From assembly GCA_041736305.1 (NCBI GenBank), contig JBGSTX010000147.1:1-26414 (forward strand): a stretch of DNA of 26,414 nt. The letters are read 5' to 3'. Of the stretch, positions 17,095 through 25,710 are shown in pieces. The notes below the pieces were generated by a model that saw nothing but the letters and a program-made list of their open reading frames with translations, did not search any database and was not told where the DNA came from. Both the position numbers and the translations under genes were made by a program. How positions within the stretch are numbered: position 1 is the first letter of the stretch; each line of letters begins with the position of its first letter. Source of the stretch: Oligoflexus sp. (GTDB taxonomy: Bacteria > Bdellovibrionota_B > Oligoflexia > Oligoflexales > Oligoflexaceae).

Positions 17095-17982
17095 TCAGTC
17101 GTTAAAAATCTCAGCACAGTTCGGCTTCGGCTTTATTTCATCGCAGCGTCCAAGAGCCGCCGTCTTTTCATCGCTATTCATAGCTTTAGCCTGAACGATT
17201 TGTAGCTTAAAAAAGCTGCGCCCATCGGGTTGGAGGAGAGCCTCGACCTCAAAAAGTTCTTTGCCCCGCTCCCAAGCATTTTCCCTACCATAGAGCTTTA
17301 CGCGAATAGGCTCATTCTTATTGGCGAATTTTTGCCAACCCTGACTGATTCCCGGTGCACTGTAGAGAGTTGGACTCGGCCCCGTGTCCTTCTCAGGAAA
17401 CTGCACAAACTCCCAGTACTGGACCGAAAATGGATAATAGGCTATCAGGCGCGAGTCATCGGGCATTCTGAGCCTTTGACGCACAACTTTTTCAGCTTCT
17501 TCGGCGGTGGCTGGTTCCATAGGACAGGAAGTTTGTAGAACGAAGTGGACGAGACTCGGAGTGTTGTCACTACCTCGTTTATCGATGCGGCCTCGACCGA
17601 GGGTGCAGGGAAAGCCCATCGCCGTCCAAGAGCTACCCTTGGTAAATCCCGGCTCACCTGCAGCGGTGGTGCAGGTCTTGAGGAAGTTGATGAGCATCAC
17701 CGAAGGTTTGGCCACGAAATACGGCATTTTCACGTTAGGCCCAAAGCCGACGCAGTTCTGCGACTCAGACTTGGGAACCGAGGCAGCCGGTGGTGGCGGA
17801 GGCGCTGCGGGCTCAGATGCGGACGGAACAGGGGTGCTGGCCACTTCGGGAGGCATTTGAGCCTTCAGAACGGCGGTAGAGCTTGCTTTGACTTCCGTAT
17901 TAGACGATTGAGGAGCTGTGCTGCAGGCGCTCAATATTCCAATCACAAGCAGATGGGGAGACCAGGTCGAGATCCACTTCAA
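17095..17982 (-). CDS. Hypothetical Cys-rich lipoprotein with a Pro-rich linker (295 aa)
   Basis: TTG start with GGAGG RBS; lipobox ILSAC; APPPPPAA linker; six further Cys residues. Confidence 0.75.
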   Translation of the reverse strand: MKWISTWSPHLLVIGILSACSTAPQSSNTEVKASSTAVLKAQMPPEVASTPVPSASEPAAPPPPPAASVPKSESQNCVGFGPNVKMPYFVAKPSVMLINFLKTCTTAAGEPGFTKGSSWTAMGFPCTLGRGRIDKRGSDNTPSLVHFVLQTSCPMEPATAEEAEKVVRQRLRMPDDSRLIAYYPFSVQYWEFVQFPEKDTGPSPTLYSAPGISQGWQKFANKNEPIRVKLYGRENAWERGKELFEVEALLQPDGRSFFKLQIVQAKAMNSDEKTAALGRCDEIKPKPNCAEIFND

Positions 17983-18014
17983 CGTTTATCCTCCGACTTA
18001 ACGGCTGTAAGCGT

Positions 18015-18024
18015 ATTCTAGCAA
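18015..18024 (-). promoter_or_regulatory. Extended -10 promoter for the 17982 lipoprotein
   Basis: Minus strand TTGCTAGAAT (TGn-TAGAAT); the identical 10-mer occurs at 24005-24014. Confidence 0.5.
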
Positions 18025-18062
18025 CTGAGCTCGTGAGATGCTAAGCATTCCTACTTCAGAAT

Positions 18063-18091
18063 ACGGCGGAGAAGCAAACCTTCTCCGCCGT
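18063..18091 (-). terminator. Stem-loop/terminator downstream of flagellin
   Basis: Perfect 12-bp inverted repeat ACGGCGGAGAAG / CTTCTCCGCCGT with a 5-nt loop, about 40 nt after the stop; the U-tract is weak. Confidence 0.75.
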
Positions 18092-18130
18092 TTCATAAAC
18101 ATTCCACCCGACTCAAGTTAGCTTTGGATC

Positions 18131-19012
18131 TTAGAGAAGCTTCAAAGCCAACTCAGGTATGGCCGACGCCTGAGCTAGAACCGAAGCTCCAGCTTGGGCA
18201 AGAATTCTGTTCTGACTAAATTCTGCGGTCACTTCAGCAAAATCGACATCGCGGATACGACTGCGGCTGGTCGACATGTTTTCGACTTGAATGCCGAGGT
18301 TGTTGATCGTCGATTCGAGCCGGCTCTGCTTCGCGCCCAGCAAAGCGCGGTTCCCTGCTACTCTCTTAATCGCTACATCGATGGTGCTGAGCTTTTCTGC
18401 AGCGACGGCACGGTCGAAGCTACCGTCGACTTCCAAGGGACCAATTTCAGCTTCTTTGTTGAGGCCGAGCACATTTGTGGCGTCGAGCTTAACCGAATCG
18501 ATATCGATATCGATTGTATCAGTATTAGGCACTGATCCATCGCCAGCGCCGACATGTATCGTAAGTTCGCCGATTCCATTGTTTTCGTCGGCTCCCCCGA
18601 GGAGTTTCAATCCATTGAATTCGGTGGTAGCGGCAATGCGGTCTATTTCTTCGACTAGCTGGGTATATTCTTTGTTGGTATAGGAACGTTCAAGGTTCCC
18701 AATAGTATCTGAAGCGGACTGGGTCGCAAGCTCGCGAAGACGGATCAGAACGTTGGAAATCTCGTTCATGCTACCTTCTGCTACCTGGATTAGCGACACA
18801 CCGTCGCTGGCATTGCGCTTGGCTTGGTTCATAGAGCGAATTTTGCCAGTCAAAGTCTCGGATATCGCCAAGCCCGCCGCATCATCTGCGGAGCGGTTGA
18901 TGCGATAACCACTCGCCAACTTTTCCATGTTCTTGCCCATGTTCCCAGTGGTGTCCTGGAGTCGGCGTTGTGCTGTTAGAGCTGCTACGTTTGTCTTGAT
19001 GCGTAATCCCAT
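18131..19012 (-). CDS. fliC: Flagellin (short type, 293 aa)
   Basis: MGLRIKTNVAAL, KLASGYRINRSADDAAGLAIS, NASDGVSLIQVAEG, RLRELATQS, SRIRDVDFA. ATG at 19012 follows a GAGG RBS. Confidence 0.97.
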   Translation of the reverse strand: MGLRIKTNVAALTAQRRLQDTTGNMGKNMEKLASGYRINRSADDAAGLAISETLTGKIRSMNQAKRNASDGVSLIQVAEGSMNEISNVLIRLRELATQSASDTIGNLERSYTNKEYTQLVEEIDRIAATTEFNGLKLLGGADENNGIGELTIHVGAGDGSVPNTDTIDIDIDSVKLDATNVLGLNKEAEIGPLEVDGSFDRAVAAEKLSTIDVAIKRVAGNRALLGAKQSRLESTINNLGIQVENMSTSRSRIRDVDFAEVTAEFSQNRILAQAGASVLAQASAIPELALKLL

Positions 19013-19053
19013 TGTCGATTTCCTCATTCAGGGTTGCAAATGTTTCAAATACC

Positions 19054-19080
19054 CTATCGACACTTGCCAAAGCGGCTTGA
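19054..19080 (-). promoter_or_regulatory. sigma28 (FliA) promoter of flagellin
   Basis: Minus strand TCAA-N15-GTCGATAG versus consensus TAAA-N15-GCCGATAA, with exact spacing, 41 nt upstream of the start. Confidence 0.8.
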
Positions 19081-19274
19081 GAACTTTTCCAAAAGCACCG
19101 TTTAAAAAATCGCATTTTTTTGTTGATGAAAAATAAAATTCCGCGATGGAGCTTAGGTATTTCGGCGAGATAAAAAACCAGCTTTGAGGGTAGCCGAGAG
19201 GGCCCGTTTTTAGGGCTTTCTCCAAAGCTCGACCGCTGCAAAAATCAAAAGATTTTTATTTTTTTGCCATATTT

Positions 19275-20492
19275 CTACAAATTTTGCTTGGGCCTCAGCC
19301 ACTTGCTGAGCAGAAAAGTAGGGCCGGCGCGAGGGAGGAGGTCGAGGACCAGATCAAAGAAGGCCAACATGCTCAGGGCGAGGAGCAGAGGCTCCCACCA
19401 GAGCAGCAGTCTTGGCCCCATCCACAGCCGGGAAGCGCTGCCGGGTAGGAAGAGCCAATCGCCGATCAGGCTCCCCATTGAGCTGAGGATTACGCCGGCT
19501 AGAGTTACGGCGATGAGCGGGCGAATGCCGAGCACGCGCGATCGTCGGGCGAGGAGCAGTATCAAAAACATGCAAATCAAGCCAAGTCCTAAATCGCGAT
19601 CGACTGGCAGAAACCAGGCCTGCAGCCAGGCTTGATACTCAGAAAGAGACCAATCCGATCCGCGGCGAAGAATAGGGTCGTTGCGGAGGAGGGTCAGGAG
19701 TAAAAATTCTGCTGCCACGAGCACGAGACCCCAGAGCGCGAAAGCCCAGATCCGCCGCCGATACCTCGCTTCATCTAATAGTGCACCTACGCCCCCCGCT
19801 GCTGGGCGAAACAAATTACCGACTGCGGGCTTGGCTCCCTCCTCCTTAGCTTCCTCCTGGCCTGGGGCAAACACAAAAGATCCTAGTTTCGTCATCAGGA
19901 GAGGCAGAACGCCAGCAAGAAAGAGCATGCTCGGCTCGAGCGGGACGAGCCAGAGGATGCAAGCGTAATTGAGAGCTAGCATAAGATAGGAACCTGAGCG
20001 TACCCAGTGGGCAAAAGTCAGCCCCCAGAGGGCCAATCCTAAACCAATTAATTGATCGGCCCCGATTTGTCCCAACGCTGCTATTAGCCGACCTCGACTC
20101 AGGAGCGCAACGGCGACGATGAGTCCTAGAATCCACGAACGAGTCACGATGCGCGCAAGTAGAACGAGAAGGAGGACGGTAGTAATAAGCAGCCCTTGAT
20201 TATAGCGAACGAAACCACCGACCGAGAAAATCCCGTTTCTGCAACTCAGTTTCATGATTGAGTGATAGGCCCAGGCATGCGCCCAGCCCGGACGCGGGAG
20301 AAGATTCTCGCCGAGTTTGAGAGCAAGCCCCGGCTCGAGGGCGCGAGCACAAGGCTCGGACTGTTCAAGAGCATAGCGATTTTGGGGACTGAACGTGACC
20401 ACGTAGGAACGCAGATCCATCCAAACCAGTCGCATGAGGATCATAGTTGCCAGCGTTAAAATCAGAGCCGTCTTCCATTCATATGCACGCAC
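19275..20492 (-). CDS. Polytopic inner-membrane hypothetical protein (405 aa)
   Basis: GTG start with GAGGAG RBS; about 9-10 hydrophobic segments; TTGACA on the minus strand at 20548-20553. Confidence 0.75.
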   Translation of the reverse strand: MRAYEWKTALILTLATMILMRLVWMDLRSYVVTFSPQNRYALEQSEPCARALEPGLALKLGENLLPRPGWAHAWAYHSIMKLSCRNGIFSVGGFVRYNQGLLITTVLLLVLLARIVTRSWILGLIVAVALLSRGRLIAALGQIGADQLIGLGLALWGLTFAHWVRSGSYLMLALNYACILWLVPLEPSMLFLAGVLPLLMTKLGSFVFAPGQEEAKEEGAKPAVGNLFRPAAGGVGALLDEARYRRRIWAFALWGLVLVAAEFLLLTLLRNDPILRRGSDWSLSEYQAWLQAWFLPVDRDLGLGLICMFLILLLARRSRVLGIRPLIAVTLAGVILSSMGSLIGDWLFLPGSASRLWMGPRLLLWWEPLLLALSMLAFFDLVLDLLPRAGPTFLLSKWLRPKQNL

Positions 20493-20687
20493 GCGTACTC
20501 CTCAAACGCTAGCTCGATCCTACAGGTATCCTGATTTTTGGAAACCGTGTCAATCATCACATTGCTGTGAACGGCTACTGGACCTTGTGGCAATCCGGAG
20601 TTAAAGTAGCAGGAACTCAAGTGTAAAAAAGCTTTGAAAGCCTAGAAAGGCAGCACATTTCATGCAAAGGCAAAGGGAGAAACCCGC

Positions 20688-22637
20688 GTGAAAAAGGCAG
20701 TGTTCTATATTGGACTGGGTCTCATTCCTATCATCCTGCTCATCCTGGCTCAGGCGCCTCTGCTATCAGTACAGAACGAATACCTGAAGGCCAAAGAGCA
20801 CTATGCTCTTGCCTTAGATACGTCTCGGGTGCAGCTGGGGAAATTCAGCGAGGATCTTAAGCGCGATATCTCACTCATGCAGAATCTCGACACGGACGGC
20901 TACAGCGCCATCAGTCGCATACTCAATGGTTTTATCAAACCAGGGCAGGTCGATTATGTCGCGATACTCGATCAAAACTGTAACATCGTGGCTCACTCCG
21001 AGCAGGGCATCTCGCTGAAGGAGACTTGCCCTGTCGATCAGTTTACGCCTAATTTGTCACCCTTCTACCAGTGGCGTTCCATCCAAGATAATCCGAGCCT
21101 TGAATTTTTGACTCCCCTCAGGACCCCGACGCAGAAAACTTTTTTTCTCTTGACGGCGATCCATCTCAATAACAATTGGCTATACGCTTTTCCCGAGTTG
21201 CGGAAGAGTTTCCGTTCGCGCGATCTCGTCATCGGCCAAAAGAACGATGGCCGCAACTCCTATGTCGTCCTAGAGGAAGGGACCCAGCCGGCGATTGCAA
21301 GTCTGTATTCGACCGACCCGCTCTTGGCCGTCTTTCCTCAGCTCCTGCGGACTGAGCCTTTCACTCTCGTCAAACCGCTCTGGGCCGCGCTAGCTTTCTT
21401 CTGCCTTTGCGTTTACTTCGTTTTTCGCTCGATCAAGAGCCGGGAGATTGAGATTGGCAAAGCCATGCAAATCATGCAGGACTGGGCAGGAGATTTAACC
21501 CCGGACGCCAACGATCCACCAAAATCCAAGCCTGCAAAAAGCAAGGGTATCGGGAGAAGCAAGCCGCTGCGTTTTGAGAAACCGGAAATTATGGTGCTGG
21601 ATATTCAAGAGCGCATCAATCGGATGACCAAGCGCAATCAGGATAAGATAGAAAAATGTCAGGCGCAGAATCAGCTGCTGCAGCAGCAGTCACAAGCCCT
21701 CGAAAGTCGTCTCATGGAACGTCAGGCTGAGCAGGCCTGGTTTCATCAGGCGCAATCGCTGCATCAGCAGATGCTCAACTGCGCCGGCGCGCACATGCAG
21801 AAACTCGAGGAAACCTGCAGTCTCGGCGAGGATCTCTCGCATCTCGCCGTCCATCAGATTGCGCGGCCCGCACAAAAGCTCTACGAGCTAGGCTCTCGCT
21901 GGGATGCCGGCCTTCAGGAAATGTCGGCGCGCAAATTTCTCCGGACTCTTTCTGAGCGCATTGATGCCGAAGGCTTTTCCGAACTCGACCACAGTCTTCG
22001 CTTCATTCTCGATCAAAGCTCGGAAATTCATAATACTGCGGTGAATCTTACGCTTTTAAGTCAGAGGTTGCTCGAGGATCTCAAGATCAATCTCGAGCTC
22101 GCAGCACACTGGCATCGCATGATGGGTGGCAAGGATGGGGAGAGCCGTTCGCTCGTGGATCTGGTGAGTGACAGTCAGGCTATGATCAAGCTACAAGGAG
22201 CCGCCTTCTCCCTGCGCTATGAAAATCTGATCGACGAGCGGGAAACCTATGCTCCACCGCACGTCGCCTCGAGCTCTATGACTTCAGCCGTCTATCACTG
22301 CTATCTGGCTCTCATAGAAGCCGCCAAAGACAAAGCGGCCAGCGACGTAGTGCTACTCAGCCAACTGAAAAAGAGGGAATCTCGTCACATTCTGGTGCTA
22401 TCTGCCAAAGGTGATTGGGGGGATGAACTGAATCACGACATCCAGCTCCCGCAGAAGGCAGAGCAGCATCTGATCTTGGCCCAACAGCTCCTGCAGGGTC
22501 AGCCCTTGAAGCTGACTCTACTGCCAGCCTTGCAGGGGATACAGGCTATAGCATTGATTTGGGAGGCGGTTGAAATGCAGAGCAGCTATCGACCCGCAGG
22601 CGCGTCCGCTTACGAAGCCGAATCTATGAGGACCTAA
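20688..22637 (+). CDS. Membrane-anchored sensor-like protein (2 TM, periplasmic domain, coiled coil, degenerate kinase-like C-terminus); 649 aa
   Basis: GTG start after GGGAG; N-terminal TM and second TM LWAALAFFCLCVYFVF; Gln-rich coiled coil; no recognisable N/G1/G2 boxes. Confidence 0.65.
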   Translation: MKKAVFYIGLGLIPIILLILAQAPLLSVQNEYLKAKEHYALALDTSRVQLGKFSEDLKRDISLMQNLDTDGYSAISRILNGFIKPGQVDYVAILDQNCNIVAHSEQGISLKETCPVDQFTPNLSPFYQWRSIQDNPSLEFLTPLRTPTQKTFFLLTAIHLNNNWLYAFPELRKSFRSRDLVIGQKNDGRNSYVVLEEGTQPAIASLYSTDPLLAVFPQLLRTEPFTLVKPLWAALAFFCLCVYFVFRSIKSREIEIGKAMQIMQDWAGDLTPDANDPPKSKPAKSKGIGRSKPLRFEKPEIMVLDIQERINRMTKRNQDKIEKCQAQNQLLQQQSQALESRLMERQAEQAWFHQAQSLHQQMLNCAGAHMQKLEETCSLGEDLSHLAVHQIARPAQKLYELGSRWDAGLQEMSARKFLRTLSERIDAEGFSELDHSLRFILDQSSEIHNTAVNLTLLSQRLLEDLKINLELAAHWHRMMGGKDGESRSLVDLVSDSQAMIKLQGAAFSLRYENLIDERETYAPPHVASSSMTSAVYHCYLALIEAAKDKAASDVVLLSQLKKRESRHILVLSAKGDWGDELNHDIQLPQKAEQHLILAQQLLQGQPLKLTLLPALQGIQAIALIWEAVEMQSSYRPAGASAYEAESMRT

Positions 22638-23980
22638 CCAACCTTGTCGATGTCATTGAAGAGGTCGTCTAGTTCAACCTCTTCACCATCCGACCCTAAC
22701 ATATCTCCCATAGGCAACTGGGCCGACAGCTTCTCGTCGAAATCGGCTAGGAAATCGCGAACTGGCGCGCCTTTGGCTGGCGTAGCGGCCTCGCTGCCAC
22801 CAGCTTTGCCTTGACCCGTTATCAGGACCTTGAGGTTAAACTGGGCGGGCTGGAAAGAAGGGTCGTTTTCCACAGCTTTTTGGAAGCACTTGAGACCCTT
22901 ATCGGGCTTGCCCTGTTTCACGAAGCCGATACCCATGTTAAAGAAAATCCTTGCCGAAAGTTTATTGTTGTTGGCGAGGATTTGAGCGGCTTTCTGGTAA
23001 AGACCCATACCTGTATCGAAATTCTGGGCGCGAATGGCCAGAATTGCCGCCGTATTGAAAACGGCACTGAGTTCACGGGGACTGGCAATGCTCTGGAGGA
23101 TTTGCAGAGCCTCGTTGATTTCGCCTTGCAGCAGCTTGCTTGTGCTCTTGCCTAACTTCGCCTCTTTCGAGCCCGCCGCAAAATCGAGAACTTGGTTGAA
23201 GGCGGCTTCGGCCTGACTCGGTTGATCGATCTTAAGAAACAGATCCCCCATCTCCAGGAGACGTTCAATATTGTAAGGGCTCATGAGTTGCGCATCTTTC
23301 AGGGCAGCAATAGCACCTTCATGGTCGCCCTGTTTCAGGCGACAGCGTGCATAGAGCTGACGAATGCGCGGCAGGGCATCGCTTCGCTTCACAAACTTAT
23401 TGAGCAGCTCGAGGGCCTTGTCCCAGTCGCTCTCGTGGATGTGCGTTTCGGCGATTTCGAGTGCCACCCGCTGATTATCTGGCTGCTTATCCAGTATTTT
23501 TTCAAGGATGTCGAGAGCTTGGGCTGAATTACCCTGCCGACGATGCGCATCGGCTGAAAGGAGCATTTTGCGAATGGGCGAAACGTTCAAGTATTCGCGG
23601 ACCAAGCCCTTGATTTCAGTCTGGATCTTTTCGTTCGTCACCTCGCCGATGGCGATATGCGTCACGAAAAATTCGCGGGCTACCGCCACGATATTTTCGT
23701 CTTCGTGCGAAGCGACGAGGAACACAGGGTGCGACTCGAGCTGGCTGGCTCGGCGCGATTGATTGAGCACGCTCTGAATCTTTTCAGCACCGATTTCCCA
23801 ATCGAGAATCAGCAGAGAGTACTCGCTGCGTGCCACCTTTTGAATACAATCTTTATCATCTGCAGAATTAGTGATGCTTTCGGCCTTCAAACCTTCGGCC
23901 TTCAGCGCCTGGCGAATGGCATCCCGGATCTCCGGTCTCTTGGTCAGGAGTATGGCCGAAGCTGAAGCCGGTTTTCCCAA
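22634..23980 (-). CDS. Receiver-like domain plus TPR-repeat protein (448 aa)
   Basis: LLILDWE receiver-type strand followed by multiple TPRs (e.g. IFFNMGIGFVKQGKPDKGLKCFQKAVENDPSF); TTG start with AAGGAG RBS. Confidence 0.8.
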   Translation of the reverse strand: MGKPASASAILLTKRPEIRDAIRQALKAEGLKAESITNSADDKDCIQKVARSEYSLLILDWEIGAEKIQSVLNQSRRASQLESHPVFLVASHEDENIVAVAREFFVTHIAIGEVTNEKIQTEIKGLVREYLNVSPIRKMLLSADAHRRQGNSAQALDILEKILDKQPDNQRVALEIAETHIHESDWDKALELLNKFVKRSDALPRIRQLYARCRLKQGDHEGAIAALKDAQLMSPYNIERLLEMGDLFLKIDQPSQAEAAFNQVLDFAAGSKEAKLGKSTSKLLQGEINEALQILQSIASPRELSAVFNTAAILAIRAQNFDTGMGLYQKAAQILANNNKLSARIFFNMGIGFVKQGKPDKGLKCFQKAVENDPSFQPAQFNLKVLITGQGKAGGSEAATPAKGAPVRDFLADFDEKLSAQLPMGDMLGSDGEEVELDDLFNDIDKVG

Positions 23981-24004
23981 AGAAGCTCTCCTTAGAGGAT
24001 GTTC

Positions 24005-24030
24005 ATTCTAGCAAGCTTTTATTATAGCGT
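24005..24030 (-). promoter_or_regulatory. -10 elements upstream of the receiver-TPR gene
   Basis: Minus strand TATAAT (24021-24026) and TTGCTAGAAT (24005-24014). Confidence 0.45.
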
Positions 24031-24035
24031 ACTGC

Positions 24036-25322
24036 TTAGGGATTACCAAGGTTCGCCAGGACCACCTGAGCCTTGGCTCGCACTTCTTCCAGCTCTTCCA
24101 GGGGATTGCTATGAATCACGAGGCCGCTGCCAGCGGCGAACTCCCAGTCGCTTCCCGTTTGCTTAGTCGCTGTACGAATGAGTATCGAGGCATCGCTGCG
24201 CCCGGTGAAACTGTCAAGAAAGAGTAGATTTCCCATAAAATATCCGCGGTTCCGTCCCTCTCGCTCCTGGATAGCGTGCATAACTTCGCGCTTGGGTGCC
24301 CCCGTGATGGAACCGCCCGGGCAAAGGGCTGTGAGCAGCGTATGCCAATCGATTTTGTCGATCAGTTCGCCTTCGATCTTCGCCACGAGATGGTGGACAT
24401 TCGGAAAGCTCTGCACCGATCCCCGGTCCCGCACGGCGACGCTACCGCTTTTACAGACTCGATTGAGATCGTTGCGCATGAGATCGACGATCATGTTAAG
24501 CTCGGCCCTATCTTTAGGCGCCGCGGCAAGTTCTGCTATTGCAGCCTCGTTTTCTGAGGGTTTAGGGTAAACCGGCCTAGTACCCTTGATCGGCTCAGTC
24601 TGGATCATGCGGCGTCCGTCACGGTTTTCCAGACGGAAAAACCTCTCTGGGCTGAATGACACGAGACTGAGCTCCGGCAGATCCAGATACGCAGCAAAGG
24701 GTCCGGCGAAGCGCTGTCCCTGGAGCGCCCAATAGCTGCGGGACAGCTCCCCCTGATCTTGCCAGTAGCGCAGGAGATTGAGCTGGTAGTAGCGTCCGTC
24801 GCGGATTTCTTCGATAATGCTCGCGACCTCGGCTAGGTAGGATTCCTCGCTTTTCATAGGCTTCCACGAACTCTGGCGAGGCTTTTTAAGGTCGGGTGCA
24901 GACATTTCCCAGGGCAAGGGAATCCGAAACGAGCACTTTTCCCAACCTTTTTCTGCAGCGATGCTCGCGCGCTGTTGGAATTGATCAAGCACCAACGAAC
25001 GTCGAATTCTAACGATGCTATGAGACGCTTTGGGCTCCCTACTACTCGGACTGAAGAGATCGTAACTCAGTAGCCCGAGAGTGCCAGTAGTCCAGTAAGG
25101 TAGATCGGCACGTAGTGGCTGCAGAGGAGGGACCGCTCCAGCGAGAAAACTAGCGCTAGGAATAAGATCCCAGGCTAAAGCGAGCAAGGTATGCGCTGAA
25201 GTCCGTGAACCGAGGAGAATAAGAGCGGTCTCGGATGGGTAAAGATTGAGCCATCCCCACGGGTCATCGCCCCCAGCAGGCCAGGGTACATCAGTCAGCT
25301 GAAGGGGAAGAGCCTCGTGCAT
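24036..25322 (-). CDS. pabB: Aminodeoxychorismate synthase component I (chorismate-binding MST family)
   Basis: YYQLNL, SFSPERFF, PIKGTRP (the PabB-type Lys motif), KDRAELNMIVDLMRNDL, PGGSITGAPK and ILIRT. Confidence 0.85.
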   Translation of the reverse strand: MHEALPLQLTDVPWPAGGDDPWGWLNLYPSETALILLGSRTSAHTLLALAWDLIPSASFLAGAVPPLQPLRADLPYWTTGTLGLLSYDLFSPSSREPKASHSIVRIRRSLVLDQFQQRASIAAEKGWEKCSFRIPLPWEMSAPDLKKPRQSSWKPMKSEESYLAEVASIIEEIRDGRYYQLNLLRYWQDQGELSRSYWALQGQRFAGPFAAYLDLPELSLVSFSPERFFRLENRDGRRMIQTEPIKGTRPVYPKPSENEAAIAELAAAPKDRAELNMIVDLMRNDLNRVCKSGSVAVRDRGSVQSFPNVHHLVAKIEGELIDKIDWHTLLTALCPGGSITGAPKREVMHAIQEREGRNRGYFMGNLLFLDSFTGRSDASILIRTATKQTGSDWEFAAGSGLVIHSNPLEELEEVRAKAQVVLANLGNP

Positions 25323-25351
25323 GTTGTCTCCCTTCTCTAGATCAAATTCTC

Positions 25352-25589
25352 GGCCTCACCTACGGCGTCGGCCACCCCTCAAGACTTTGCCGTTGCCGTT
25401 CACTTGGCCTTTGCCGTACGCGTGATCTTGATCCTGTTCAATCAACTTTGCCCTTGCTTCGTGAAACTTCGTCAAAGCAAACGGCTTATGGCAAAGGGCT
25501 CGGCAAAGATCAGGATCACGCCTAAGGCAATGGCAACGTCTACACCCACGGCAAAGTCTTGAGGGGTGGCCGACGCCGTAGGCGAGGCC
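25352..25589. mobile_element. REPIN/MITE-like 238-bp fold-back element
   Basis: The outer 42 nt of the two ends are inverted copies (41/42). The arms 25352-25433 and 25508-25589 align without gaps (70/82 by manual count). The terminal 22-mer is itself a hairpin. Mobility is inferred, not shown. Confidence 0.75.
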
Positions 25590-25646
25590 AAAATCTCATT
25601 TATCGCTTTTTCATAGCTTTTAACTTAGGAAACGCCAATCCCAAAC

Positions 25647-25674
25647 TTGCCTTTTCGCACGACCTGGGTATCAT
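25647..25674 (+). promoter_or_regulatory. sigma70-type promoter for hbd
   Basis: TTGCCT-N16-TATCAT upstream of a GAGG RBS and the ATG at 25711. Confidence 0.45.
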
Positions 25675-25710
25675 GATTGCTCCAAGGACCCCACCTTATG
25701 AGGAAGAGCC

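Noticed and set aside
19055-19070. sigma54 promoter (TTGGCA on the minus strand) for flagellin
   Set aside because: No GC at the -12 position; the sigma28 match has exact spacing.
24036-25322. trpE or a secondary-metabolite chorismate enzyme linked to the UbiA operon
   Set aside because: The PIKGT motif indicates PabB, and the gene is more than 12 kb from the operon with unrelated genes between; no evidence of linkage.
25352-25589. CRISPR array or tRNA
   Set aside because: The repeats are inverted rather than direct with spacers, there are no cas genes, and no cloverleaf or T-loop motif is visible.
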